From NCBI GenBank assembly GCA_036918135.1, contig JBALDB010000008.1:64001-128000 (forward strand): DNA of 64,000 nucleotides, given 5' to 3'. Source of the DNA: Nostoc sp. (GTDB lineage Bacteria; Cyanobacteriota; Cyanobacteriia; Cyanobacteriales; Nostocaceae). The position numbers and the translations under genes were made by a program. Positions within the stretch are counted from its first letter, which is position 1. Each line of letters begins with the position of its first letter. Shown here piece after piece: positions 38,026 to 47,743 of this stretch. The notes beneath the pieces are model-generated. The model searched no databases. It worked only from the letters and a program-made list of their open reading frames with translations, and was not told the DNA's origin.

Positions 38026-40035
38026 CTAAGACCCAGTTTGAGTTTTTACTCCATCACAAACATGGTAGTGGGAAGCATAGCTTTGACCATTGGCATTATT
38101 AGTTAAATAATCATGCAGCCAATCGCACCCCCGCCCCATTAGTCCATCTAAAGTAAGATTTTCTATATTCCACAAAATTGCTGTGCCATCTTTACTACCA
38201 GAGATCAGAGTCTTACTATCAGGGCTAAAACTGATACTATTGACTTCACCATCATGCCCAGTCAGAGTAGTAATCACCGTACCATCTTTGTGCCAAAGTT
38301 TCACTGTTTTGTCATCACTAGCAGTAGCGATCGTTCGGCCGTCAGGACTAAAAGCTACCTGTGAGATTGCAGCATTGTGCCCATTGAGGCTGATCTCACG
38401 GCCGTCAAGAAGTTGCCGAAGTTTAACACTATTGCCCACAGCGATCGCAATCATTTTATTGTCGGGGCTGAAACTCACACTACGGATAGGATCGCTATAA
38501 TTCTTCTGTAAGTTGTTCAGCTCCTGACCCTCAAGGTTCCAGAATTTTACAGTCCCGTCAAAACTGGCGCTAGCAATCATCTTGCCGTTGGGGCTAAAAA
38601 TCACGCTAAAGACTGCAGCGTTATGCTTGAGGGGTTTGAACAGCATCTGTCCTTGGCAATTCCAGAGTTTGACCATATTGTCATCACCTGCGGTGGCAAT
38701 TATCTTGCCGTCTGGGCTAAAACTTACGCTACGGACACGATCGCTATAATTCATATGCTTCAGAGTCTGAAATACCTTATACTGTCGATTCCAGAGTCTC
38801 ACCTTTCCGTCCTCACTAGCAGTAGCAAATATCTGGCTATCAGGACTGAAACTCACAGTGCGAACTTTAGTATTGAGCTTCTCAAAGTCATGAAATAGCT
38901 TACCTTGTCTGTTCCAGAGTTTTACCGTCCCGTCTAAACTGGCAGAAGCGAGTATTTGACTGTCGGGGCTAAAACTTACACTCATAACTTCGTCCTTATG
39001 CTTTTCTAAAGTATGGAGCAAACGACCATGCTTGTTCCAAATTTTCACTGTTCTGTTTGCACCAGCAGTAGCGAGAATTTCGCCATCAGGACTGAAACTA
39101 ACGCTAGGGATAGCATTGCTGTCCTCTAGACGTGAGCGTTCTCTTACCCAATAAATCGCCTGTCCCAATACCTTCATCACTTCTGCCCGCTCCTCATTTG
39201 AAATCGTGATTTTGTCTGTATCTAGTTCTTTGAGTTTCTTCCCAGCTTTTAAAGCTTCTATTAAGGCATCAAAGGTATCTCTGTTTGCCGTAAAACGTCC
39301 GTCTGACGCTGAAATTAAAGCTTGAAGTGCCGATTTTTGTGCTGCTATCTGCTGGCGAACGGCTTCTTTCCAGCCAATTGCTGCAAAAATAGCTAATCCT
39401 GTTGAAATCACAAACCCTGAAGTCAAAGCAATTAATCTTGTTCTGTAACGTGCCCTTTGGGCTTTGCGACTTTCGCCAATGTATTCTTGTTGGAGTGGTG
39501 TAATTAAGGGCTTTTTCCCTGCTCCTTTAGTGAACCATTGTTCTGCTTCTTCTAGTTGACTACCTTGCAGCAAGTAGCTACTGTTGCGTTTTTTCTGTTC
39601 CCACTCCAACGCCACTACGAGTAAGCGGGTATGCTCTTTAACATGAGCTAAATCTGTATCAAGCGTATCGAGTAATGATTGCAAAGCTATATTGAAATCA
39701 TTAGTTTCTTCAAAGAAGATATAATTAATTTTTGCTAATTCGGGATGAACACCCTCAGCATACTGCCAGACAATTGGCACCAAACGTTTATTGTGCTTGA
39801 GAGCGTGTGCAATCTCTTCACCGCAGACTTCAGAAACAACTGAATTCAGACTAATAACAAAGATAAAATTATCAGCAGCTTCAATTCCTTGGTAAATTTC
39901 TTTGCGCCAATCTGCCGTAAACGGAATTCCCTCCCAGTCTACCCAGACTTCTCGGTTGTGTTGTTTGAGCGCTTCATAAAGCCTTTTAACAAACTCTTTA
40001 TCTTTGCGGGAGTAAGAAATAAACGCTTGACTCAT
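38026..40035 (-). CDS. TIR domain - TM - WD40 repeat protein
   Basis: AFISYSRKD...VWVDWEGI...VCGEEI (TIR with Glu); TM LIALTSGFVISTGLAIFAAIGW; eight FSP(D/N) WD40 repeats. Confidence 0.9.
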   Translation of the reverse strand: MSQAFISYSRKDKEFVKRLYEALKQHNREVWVDWEGIPFTADWRKEIYQGIEAADNFIFVISLNSVVSEVCGEEIAHALKHNKRLVPIVWQYAEGVHPELAKINYIFFEETNDFNIALQSLLDTLDTDLAHVKEHTRLLVVALEWEQKKRNSSYLLQGSQLEEAEQWFTKGAGKKPLITPLQQEYIGESRKAQRARYRTRLIALTSGFVISTGLAIFAAIGWKEAVRQQIAAQKSALQALISASDGRFTANRDTFDALIEALKAGKKLKELDTDKITISNEERAEVMKVLGQAIYWVRERSRLEDSNAIPSVSFSPDGEILATAGANRTVKIWNKHGRLLHTLEKHKDEVMSVSFSPDSQILASASLDGTVKLWNRQGKLFHDFEKLNTKVRTVSFSPDSQIFATASEDGKVRLWNRQYKVFQTLKHMNYSDRVRSVSFSPDGKIIATAGDDNMVKLWNCQGQMLFKPLKHNAAVFSVIFSPNGKMIASASFDGTVKFWNLEGQELNNLQKNYSDPIRSVSFSPDNKMIAIAVGNSVKLRQLLDGREISLNGHNAAISQVAFSPDGRTIATASDDKTVKLWHKDGTVITTLTGHDGEVNSISFSPDSKTLISGSKDGTAILWNIENLTLDGLMGRGCDWLHDYLTNNANGQSYASHYHVCDGVKTQTGS

Positions 40036-40753
40036 CTAATTATCTATAAATACTTAATAAATGCCTATTTGCAAAAAACTTACTGTTTAGTAAAAAAATA
40101 TATTCTTTCTAGAAAGAAATAACAAAATACAAATTTCCTATATAGTTTAGTTTTTTTACTATATGATAATTTGGGCGATCGCATATCAGTCAAAAACGAA
40201 AATTAGCTGTTTTGATACAAAGCTTCAAATAAAAATGGCTGTTAGAAACCCCATCTACAACAAACAAAATCCACCTCTGCAAATGAGAGCCTGTGTAGCC
40301 AAGCCACTGCACCCTTGCGGGTTAACAGACTTGTAAATGCCCTTCAGGCTGCTTCGCAAACACGAGTGTGTTTTTGTCAGGAGAAGGGTAGCAAGTGGCG
40401 CGCTTCTATTCCTGGGGGCTTACTCTCAGAAGTCTCCTCCTCTGAATCTGGGATGATTAAGAAGTAATTTAACTGTATAAGAGCAGCAGCTAGGCTAACT
40501 GCGTGCTAATGGCTACACCAAGACCACAAGGATGAACAAAACTGGGTGGAGGCTGAGAACATAGAGTTAAAAGGTAAATTTTTGACTACTAGGTATCAAT
40601 TGCTAATGACTAATAACTTCTTGAGTTGTTAGGATGAAATCACCATCCAACTTCCGTTAAAATATTTGCTGTTGAAAAAAGCAAAAGTATCAAACAGCAA
40701 GGCTGCTTTTGTCAAGTTTTACCGATTTGAGTAAATAATTAATTATTAAACCC

Positions 40754-42055
40754 ATGCCACATCGTCATTATCCTCCCGCCTACTTACGCTATCTCAAAGC
40801 CAGGTTATGGAATCTAGGGCGACCTGGTTTTTGGGTAACTGCAATTTTTTTATCTGGAGTTGGGCTAGTAACTTGGGAATACTGGTCAAATCCAGATATT
40901 TTTGTTTATAAGCAAAAAAATCCAGTCGCTTCACAAAAGCCTACTGACTCTTCCTTGTCAGAAGAAGACAAAGCTATTGCAGCGGATATTGATAACTTGC
41001 CAGTTTTGTTTAATGACTTTGACCGAGCAACTCTCTCAGGAACGGCAAATTCTTCTAAAGAAAAGGCTGAGGAAAAAAACAGCAAAGGCTTATTAGACGA
41101 TTTAATTAATAAACAAAAGTCTGTTAGTGATAGCAAATCAAAATCTGATTCAGGAGTAGTTAATTCCGAACCTCCCCCAACTCTGAAAAATCCCTTTATC
41201 ACCCAAACAGAAAATTTATTGCGGACTGGAACGGTTGATAGTAATAGCCAGTTTCTTGGTCTCAAGTCTTTTAATGGGGCGTTTGAAACAGAAGGGCAAC
41301 AAACATCTTCTAGCGTGGGAATTGGATTAAATAATCAAAGCAATAACAATCAAAATTCTGTCTCCATTAATCCTCTGCAAGCAGCACTCAACGATTCGAC
41401 AAACCAGAAGTCTAACTCGAATGGGATTAATGCTACTGGGTCAAATGCTTCAGGACGTGTCTCTGACACAGGAACAAAGTCGATAACACCGATGAACAGT
41501 TTACCCACTCAAAATTCTCTACCAACTACTGGGGTAAATCCTGGGACAGGGTACACGTCAACGGGTACAAACTTACAGCCAAATCCTTACAGTAATTTAA
41601 ACAGCGGGCAAACAGCAGTAACACCTCCAGTCAACTCTGTTGCACCCACTAATAATATTGCACCTTACTCTAGCCAAAGTCCGAATCAAGGTGTTGTTGC
41701 GCCCACAAACCCTACAGGATATAGGAATTATGGTTTGCAGCAGCCAACCCAAGTACCACAGTCTAATTATGGAAATTATGGCTTGCAGCAGCCAACCCAA
41801 GTACCACAGTCTACTTACGGGAATTATGGCTTGCAGCAGCCAACCCAAGTACCACAGTCTACTTACGGGAATTATGGCTTGCAGCAGCCAACCCAAGTAC
41901 CACAATCTACTTATGGAAATTATGGCTTGCAGCAGCCAACCCAAGTACCACAGTCTACTTATGGGAATTATGGCTTGCCAACTCAATCAACGCAGTCTAC
42001 TGCGGCATATATGCGCCAGATATTAGACAAGTATAGAGGTCAGAATCAAAGGTGA
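40754..42055 (+). CDS. Membrane-anchored low-complexity hypothetical protein with C-terminal 16-aa repeats
   Basis: N-terminal TM, AIAADIDNLPVL, Ser/Asn/Pro/Gln-rich body. Confidence 0.8.
   Translation: MPHRHYPPAYLRYLKARLWNLGRPGFWVTAIFLSGVGLVTWEYWSNPDIFVYKQKNPVASQKPTDSSLSEEDKAIAADIDNLPVLFNDFDRATLSGTANSSKEKAEEKNSKGLLDDLINKQKSVSDSKSKSDSGVVNSEPPPTLKNPFITQTENLLRTGTVDSNSQFLGLKSFNGAFETEGQQTSSSVGIGLNNQSNNNQNSVSINPLQAALNDSTNQKSNSNGINATGSNASGRVSDTGTKSITPMNSLPTQNSLPTTGVNPGTGYTSTGTNLQPNPYSNLNSGQTAVTPPVNSVAPTNNIAPYSSQSPNQGVVAPTNPTGYRNYGLQQPTQVPQSNYGNYGLQQPTQVPQSTYGNYGLQQPTQVPQSTYGNYGLQQPTQVPQSTYGNYGLQQPTQVPQSTYGNYGLPTQSTQSTAAYMRQILDKYRGQNQR
41724..41979 (+). repeat. 48 bp coding tandem repeat, five-plus copies (YGNYGLQQPTQVPQST)
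   Basis: aattatggcttgcagcagccaacccaagtaccacagtcta repeated head-to-tail with mainly synonymous variation. Confidence 0.92.
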
Positions 42056-42067
42056 TATAAAATTCAG

Positions 42068-42751
42068 CTAAGGAGATTGTGGGCTATTTGGAATAATTGG
42101 AACGTCTGGTGTTTCGGGTTGTTGTTTTTGACGTTGCAAATATTTACTCAATACATCAGCCATATCGCCACGGGTGACAGGTTTTAATGGGGAAATATTG
42201 TTTTGAGCGTCTGTACTTAGAAAGCCTTCACTTACTACTGTGGCGATCGCTTTTCTCGCCCAAGATGGGATAGACTTTTCATCTGGATATGCAGCAAGAA
42301 TTTCATCAACAGTATCATCAGAAAACTGAAATACGCCATAAGCCTGAGCAAAAATCGCAAAAGCTTCTGCTCTAGTCACTCTTTGATTAGGGAAAAATTG
42401 ATTCCCTCGATAACCTTTCATGATATCAGTTTTTAACACTGTTTGTATATCATTAAATGCCCAATAAGACGCAGGAACATCTGGAATCACTAAATTTTCT
42501 TTGCTAACAGCTTGTCTTTTATCTAAGCGAAATGCTTTGACCATAATTGAGGCTAATTCTGCTCTACTTACTAACCTTTCTGGATAAAAATTCCCATCGG
42601 AGAAATTTGTCATCCATTTGACAGCAACTACCTGTTGAATAGAATCAGATGGTGTTCCAGAAGTCGGTTGTGACACTTGAGCCTGAGCAATTGCTGGCAA
42701 GTTTTGTAGTAGTGCTAATAAAGATAAAGTAATTGAAAGGTGACGCATCAT
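42068..42751 (-). CDS. S-layer homology (SLH) domain protein
   Basis: Signal peptide; three SLH-like repeats (VSRAELA, VTRAEA, VTRGDMA; DVPASYWA). Confidence 0.88.
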   Translation of the reverse strand: MMRHLSITLSLLALLQNLPAIAQAQVSQPTSGTPSDSIQQVVAVKWMTNFSDGNFYPERLVSRAELASIMVKAFRLDKRQAVSKENLVIPDVPASYWAFNDIQTVLKTDIMKGYRGNQFFPNQRVTRAEAFAIFAQAYGVFQFSDDTVDEILAAYPDEKSIPSWARKAIATVVSEGFLSTDAQNNISPLKPVTRGDMADVLSKYLQRQKQQPETPDVPIIPNSPQSP

Positions 42752-42988
42752 AATAAGCTCTTTTAGTCTGAATTTAAAAAACTACGTTATTGAAGTTAAG
42801 GCAAATTTGGTCTTTGTTAGTGACGAATTTAGGTTGGGTAATGTTGCGTATCTACGTAGGGTATGGCTTTGATGCTCTACCCGGATAAAAGCCGCGAGAT
42901 TCATGGGCACTGAACTTCCAACTTCCCACGCACATCTTAGAAAGCTCAATTGAGAGGGGTCTTGTCTGCTTTTAGGCAGTGATAAATT

Positions 42989-43456
42989 TTAAAAATTAGG
43001 ACTGTGTTCGGAATCCCAGCACTTCCCATCATGCCAGATTCTACTAGTGTGTTCGCATTCTGATTTATCGTAAATCCAAGGAATTGAAGTAGGGTAATAC
43101 GAGGGAAATATGGGAGTAAGTGAAGAAAATATAGTGTAGCTACAAGTCGATAGAATTATTAGAAATCCTATGAGAAACAGGATATTGGCAGGAGTCCAAA
43201 AATGATATAAACCTTTTTCACAGCGTAAACGCTGTTTAGAGCGACGTTCTGAACCTGCTAGCAACACCACATAAAACCTTAATCCGGGAATTGGCACTGA
43301 AACTCTTATGTCTAAAGGATGACGAGTCCAACCACGAAAGCCAAAACTCCTTTTTATGGCTTCTAATTGCTCTACCGTGAAGGTATTAGCTACTTCCGGG
43401 GCAATCTTAGCGAAAAATTGCTCAAAAGTAGGATCGGTGTACTGCGACTTTTTCAT
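42989..43456 (-). CDS. Conserved hypothetical membrane protein
   Basis: FTVEQLEAIK...HPLDIRVSVP...FYVVLLAGSERRS, one TM, CEHTSRIWHDGKCWD. Confidence 0.75.
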   Translation of the reverse strand: MKKSQYTDPTFEQFFAKIAPEVANTFTVEQLEAIKRSFGFRGWTRHPLDIRVSVPIPGLRFYVVLLAGSERRSKQRLRCEKGLYHFWTPANILFLIGFLIILSTCSYTIFSSLTPIFPSYYPTSIPWIYDKSECEHTSRIWHDGKCWDSEHSPNF

Positions 43457-43644
43457 AAATTAGTATATTAATATACTAATACTTACATTATTATTTCGTT
43501 TGTTCCGGATATAGAATGTTTTATTTTTTGGAAGTCTCTAATTAAGCAAGTAAAAATCAGCAAAAACTTGTTTTTTAGCTTTCATCTTTTGGTGTTATCT
43601 GACCACTACTATGGACTATAGTCAGTTTTTCAGGAGTTTTGGGA

Positions 43645-44355
43645 ATGACCGCAGCAGCAGATCCCGCAAAGTTGATGAAGCAAGAAGTTGGCAAAGCCGC
43701 CGCCGCCTTAGTAAAGTCGGGTTCAATCGTGGGGTTGGGTACGGGGTCAACAACAGCATACACAATTCAGTATTTGGGCGATCGCCTCAAGTCTGGCGAA
43801 CTTAAAGATATCATTGGTATACCTACCTCGTTTCAGTCAGAAGTGCTGGCGAAGGAGTATGGTGTTCCTCTCGCCACCTTGGACGCTATTGACCACATTG
43901 ATATTGCCATTGATGGGGCGGATGAAGTCGATCCCCAAAAGAATTTGATTAAAGGCGGTGGTGCAGCACATACCCGCGAAAAAGTCGTAGATTATCTAGC
44001 AGAACAGTTTATTGTCGTGGTAGATAGTGGTAAGTTAGTAGACCGCTTGGGTTCTAGTTTCGCTGTACCCGTGGAAGTGATTCCAATGGCAATTACTCCT
44101 GTAACCAATGCCATCAAAAAACTTGGGGGTAAACCAGAACTACGTATGGGTGTCAAAAAAGCTGGCCCCGTAATCACTGACCAAGGCAATTTTGTCTTAG
44201 ATGTCAGATTTGATTCTATTGAAGATCCAGTCAACTTAGAAAAGACGTTGAATAATATTCCTGGCGTTCTAGAAAATGGTATTTTCGTTAACTGCGTCGA
44301 TTTAGTATTAATTGGTGAAGTCAAAGATGGTCAGCCATTAGTACGGCAACTGTAA
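43645..44355 (+). CDS. rpiA: Ribose-5-phosphate isomerase A
   Basis: [31 protein letters not shown] 43645 preferred over TTG 43639. Confidence 0.96.
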   Translation: MTAAADPAKLMKQEVGKAAAALVKSGSIVGLGTGSTTAYTIQYLGDRLKSGELKDIIGIPTSFQSEVLAKEYGVPLATLDAIDHIDIAIDGADEVDPQKNLIKGGGAAHTREKVVDYLAEQFIVVVDSGKLVDRLGSSFAVPVEVIPMAITPVTNAIKKLGGKPELRMGVKKAGPVITDQGNFVLDVRFDSIEDPVNLEKTLNNIPGVLENGIFVNCVDLVLIGEVKDGQPLVRQL

Positions 44356-44509
44356 AAATTTGAGATTTTGGATTTGAGATTTAAAAGGTATTTAAAATCC
44401 AAAACTACGGATGTGTTGCTAATTAAAAAACCACTCTCATTCACTCCGATAATTTATGGAAATGGAGATGGAGAATAGGAACAGATAAGCAACTCCGCTC
44501 AAAACTAAC

Positions 44510-44547
44510 GTGACTTATCTCCTCACTCGAAATAAGTCACCTTTTTT
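44510..44547 (+). terminator. Putative Rho-independent terminator after rpiA
   Basis: gtgacttat-N13-ataagtcac followed by ctttttt. Confidence 0.6.
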
Positions 44548-44572
44548 ATAACAGAATGCTGCTTTTAGATGA

Positions 44573-44679
44573 TAAAGCCGTAGTCACACTCTTTAGGACA
44601 CTTAGAAAGGGTGAAAGAAGAGAGTTAGCAATAGTTTTACCTCCTGCCTCCTGCCCTCTGCCTCCTGCCTCCTGCTATA
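44573..44679 (+). repeat. Dispersed MITE-like element, copy 3
   Basis: About 65 bp near-identical to 1621-1690, followed by cctcctg heptamers and gctata. Confidence 0.8.
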
Positions 44680-45056
44680 AGTAGGTCAACATTGAAAAAC
44701 ATAATCTAGAATCTTTGCGATTACTTCGCTCCGTTCCACTCGTAATGACATTTGATACTCGTAGACCCTTATTACTTTTTCAAAAGAGTGTTTGAAATCG
44801 TCATTTTGCAAAGATTCTCCGAACGCAAGCAAGAAATGTGCATTACTAATCCCGACGCGATCGCTTTTTTTCAGGTCGGTACAAATTACTACCTTGACTT
44901 CAGACTGGTAGAACCTTCTGGGAATTTTGGCATAAATAACCCTCACGTCTGTAGAACAAGGCAAAGAGCAAAACCAAGAATATTTACACCGATTTCAACT
45001 TGGTGAAGTGACTAAAGCCTGTTTTAGTTCTGAATTCTGCGATATTTTTCTTACTT

Positions 45057-45458
45057 TTAAGGCAAAAACCGATCTAAAGCAGCTTTTAATTGTTCAATTT
45101 CAACTTCCATATTGCCTTCTTTTGCGGCTCTGACAATACATTCGGTTAAATGTTCATCTAAAACAATTCGTGCTACGCGATCTAATGCACCCCGCACTGC
45201 GGCTATTTGTAATAAAACATCAGGACAAGGGCTACTTTGTTGCACCATTGTTTTAATACCGCGAATATGCCCTTCTATCCGTGACAGCCGATTAACAATT
45301 CGCCGTAATGACTCTTCGCTATGGACATGAGGATGACCTAGTTCTCCATGCCCAGGAGTGTGATTTAGATGTTCGTGGTCTGTATCCCGATCGTGAAAGT
45401 GTTCTGCTTGCTGGGATGTTGGCAACGATTCTTTACCTACTCGGTTCGATCCATTCAT
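45057..45458 (-). CDS. inrS: CsoR/RcnR family metal-sensing repressor, InrS-like
   Basis: His-rich N-terminus, NRLSRIEGHIRG, PCPDVLLQIAAVRGAL, EHLTEC. Confidence 0.85.
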   Translation of the reverse strand: MNGSNRVGKESLPTSQQAEHFHDRDTDHEHLNHTPGHGELGHPHVHSEESLRRIVNRLSRIEGHIRGIKTMVQQSSPCPDVLLQIAAVRGALDRVARIVLDEHLTECIVRAAKEGNMEVEIEQLKAALDRFLP

Positions 45459-45514
45459 GGGTAATCAAAGGACTTATAGTACTAAGATCCTAGCCTAGTA
45501 GTTGACGCAAAATT

Positions 45515-45711
45515 GGGGAGATGAGGGAGAAGCATCGGGGCAGGGGCGGCATGCAGGAAGTGTGAGGAGTGTGGGGAGTGTGGGGAGTGTGGGAAGTGTG
45601 GGGAGTGTGGGGAGTGTGGGAGGAAAGATTTCTTCCCCATCTTCCCTATCTTCCCACACCTGCTTTTCTCCCCTCTGCTCCCTGCTCCCGATCTCCCCGA
45701 CTCCCCACTCT
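45515..45711. repeat. STRR composite (gggagtgtg 9-mers plus C-rich inverted arm)
   Basis: Same family as 53890-54090 and 55630-55880 (aagatttcttccccatc core). Confidence 0.8.
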
Positions 45712-46950
45712 TTACTGACGATTCGCTCTTTCTTGGGGAATAATCTCTGTTATTACCCTACCGCTAGAATTACCACCTTTGACAACAATATTTTCTGTCT
45801 GCAAATTCCCAACGGCTGTTTCGCCGATGAAATTTAATGGTGGGTCAATTTGTCGATAAACTACATTTCCTTGAGCTTCAACTAATTTATTATCTAAATA
45901 CCAAGTTAATGTATTAGATTTTAAAGATTGGCGACGCTGACCAACGGCGTTGACATTACCTGTTAAATAAACCGTTTTTTGTGGTATTTTCATTTCAGCT
46001 TGATTAGCTGTGACGCTGACTTTTTCCACACGCTGGAACATGCGCGTAAAAGACTTTGTGGTGACAGTTTCTGCGTTCATGTTCCAGGTCATAGAGTTAC
46101 TAGCAATTTGTAATGGTGGGTCTAGTAAATCTAATTGGGCATTTTGTTGGACAATGGCAATTTTAGTTTTTAAGTTGACTTCGGCAGAGTTTCCTTTGCC
46201 GCGATCGCTAATTTGATTATTTTTATAACGGTCTATTTGTACGGGGCGATCGGCAATTAATTTTTCTTCTTTAATATTCCAATTTAAATGCTCAGTTCGC
46301 ATTTGCAATTGGGGATCGGCAGAATTTGCTACTACTCCTCCAGAAAATTCTATCCGCTGCTGGCGAGTTTTTACTCGCGCTTCTTGCGCTACTGCTTGTA
46401 GTTGTTTATGAGTACCATTAATTTGGTTGCGGACAATCAACAAATCTTCTTGGGGACGCCATTCTAGTTCATTACCTTGCAAGACAACACCATTTTTCGG
46501 GTCTGTAGCAAGTATTTTACCTTTGAGAAATAGCTGCTTTCCATCTTGTTCAATGTCTGCTACATCCGCTTTGACTTGGTAAACGACTTTGCCATCTTGG
46601 TACAGTTCTCCATAAGGATTTTCAGCCTGACCAATTTGCTTTTCTTTGGTGTATTTTGCCCGTTTTGCTTGGACTTTCCAAATCGGTCGTCCCACTTCAT
46701 CTGCTTGTTCTAAGGTGACATCAAAGAATGTCAATTTACTATCTTGGTCAGATGAATCAGCAGTATTTCCTTGAGAAGCCGTGGGAGATTTTCCCCCACA
46801 GCTAACTAATCCAGTTACTAAAAAAAAGCTCAAAAGCAAAATCAAAAAAGAGGAGAGTCGGGGAGTGAGTGAGAGGGAAAATTTCTCTTCCCTGCCCTCT
46901 GCCCTCTGCCCCGATGCCTCTGTTGCTTTATGATTAAACTGATACTTCAT
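45712..46950 (-). CDS. lptC: LPS export ABC transporter periplasmic protein LptC (cyanobacterial long form)
   Basis: Lipobox LVSC, LEQADEVGRPIWKV, repeated beta-jellyroll segments; located downstream of metG and the NYN gene. Confidence 0.8.
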   Translation of the reverse strand: MKYQFNHKATEASGQRAEGREEKFSLSLTPRLSSFLILLLSFFLVTGLVSCGGKSPTASQGNTADSSDQDSKLTFFDVTLEQADEVGRPIWKVQAKRAKYTKEKQIGQAENPYGELYQDGKVVYQVKADVADIEQDGKQLFLKGKILATDPKNGVVLQGNELEWRPQEDLLIVRNQINGTHKQLQAVAQEARVKTRQQRIEFSGGVVANSADPQLQMRTEHLNWNIKEEKLIADRPVQIDRYKNNQISDRGKGNSAEVNLKTKIAIVQQNAQLDLLDPPLQIASNSMTWNMNAETVTTKSFTRMFQRVEKVSVTANQAEMKIPQKTVYLTGNVNAVGQRRQSLKSNTLTWYLDNKLVEAQGNVVYRQIDPPLNFIGETAVGNLQTENIVVKGGNSSGRVITEIIPQERANRQ

Positions 46951-47585
46951 TCTTGGATTTCTAAATGTCCCTCGCTAGTTCTTGGGTCTTCCAAAAATCC
47001 CATACTCGATAGCGGTCGATATGGATAGCTTTGACGAGGGGTTTTTTGAATATCTTCTTTGATCGCTTCTAAATCAATATAGCGATCGCTTACATTAATT
47101 AAGCTGTCACTGGTCATGGAACGCAAACTCACTACCTCTACCCTCACACCACGATAGCTCACAGAATTGACTGCGTATGCCAAATCGCCATCACCGCTGA
47201 CTAAAACTGCGGTATCATAAGAATCGACTAACGCCATCATATCCACTGCTATTTCTACATCCAGGTTAGCTTTTTTAGAGCCATCTGGCAGTTGTACTAA
47301 GTCCTTAGCAATTACTCGATAGCCATTGCGACGCATCCACAGCAAAAATCCCTGTTGCTTCTCGTTTGTCCGGTCTACACCAGTATAGAAAAAAGCTCGC
47401 AGTAGCCGAGAACCTCCAGTTAATCTACACAACAGCTTCGTGTAATCGATTTCAATTCCTAATTGTAGTGCAGCATAAAATAGATTTGAACCATCTATAA
47501 ATATGGCGACTCGACCCCGATTTTCCAAAACTTGTTCTGGTGTAAATATCGAGTCATTTTCTAAATTATTCAACATTGTTGTCAT
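46947..47585 (-). CDS. LabA/DUF88 family NYN domain protein
   Basis: IFIDGSNL, KANLDVEIAVDM, LVSGDGDL. Confidence 0.9.
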   Translation of the reverse strand: MTTMLNNLENDSIFTPEQVLENRGRVAIFIDGSNLFYAALQLGIEIDYTKLLCRLTGGSRLLRAFFYTGVDRTNEKQQGFLLWMRRNGYRVIAKDLVQLPDGSKKANLDVEIAVDMMALVDSYDTAVLVSGDGDLAYAVNSVSYRGVRVEVVSLRSMTSDSLINVSDRYIDLEAIKEDIQKTPRQSYPYRPLSSMGFLEDPRTSEGHLEIQE

Positions 47586-47743
47586 ACCTCAGTTTTTATC
47601 CTTGTTATTTTTGATACAAATTACCAAGTTTTACATTCTAGTCACAGCGGTTTATGATAATGATCCGGAGCTAATTAACTTCAGCCCCGATAAATTTTTT
47701 CCAGAGAATTAGAAAATTGAACAAAATTAGAGTTTGATATGGA

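Noticed and set aside
41724..41979. Possible CRISPR array
   Set aside because: Units are head-to-tail with no unique spacers, the 48 bp period is in frame within a CDS, and no cas genes are present.
42790..42970. GC-richer intergenic stretch as ncRNA or riboswitch
   Set aside because: No recognisable family motif or convincing stem pattern by eye; an Rfam scan would be needed.
44456..44488. Micro-ORF MEMEMENRNR as a PatS-like signal
   Set aside because: Lacks RGSGR and has no supporting evidence.
44686..45006. Overlapping 92-aa and 84-aa ORFs
   Set aside because: No motifs, they overlap a REP-like hairpin remnant, and neither strand is supported.
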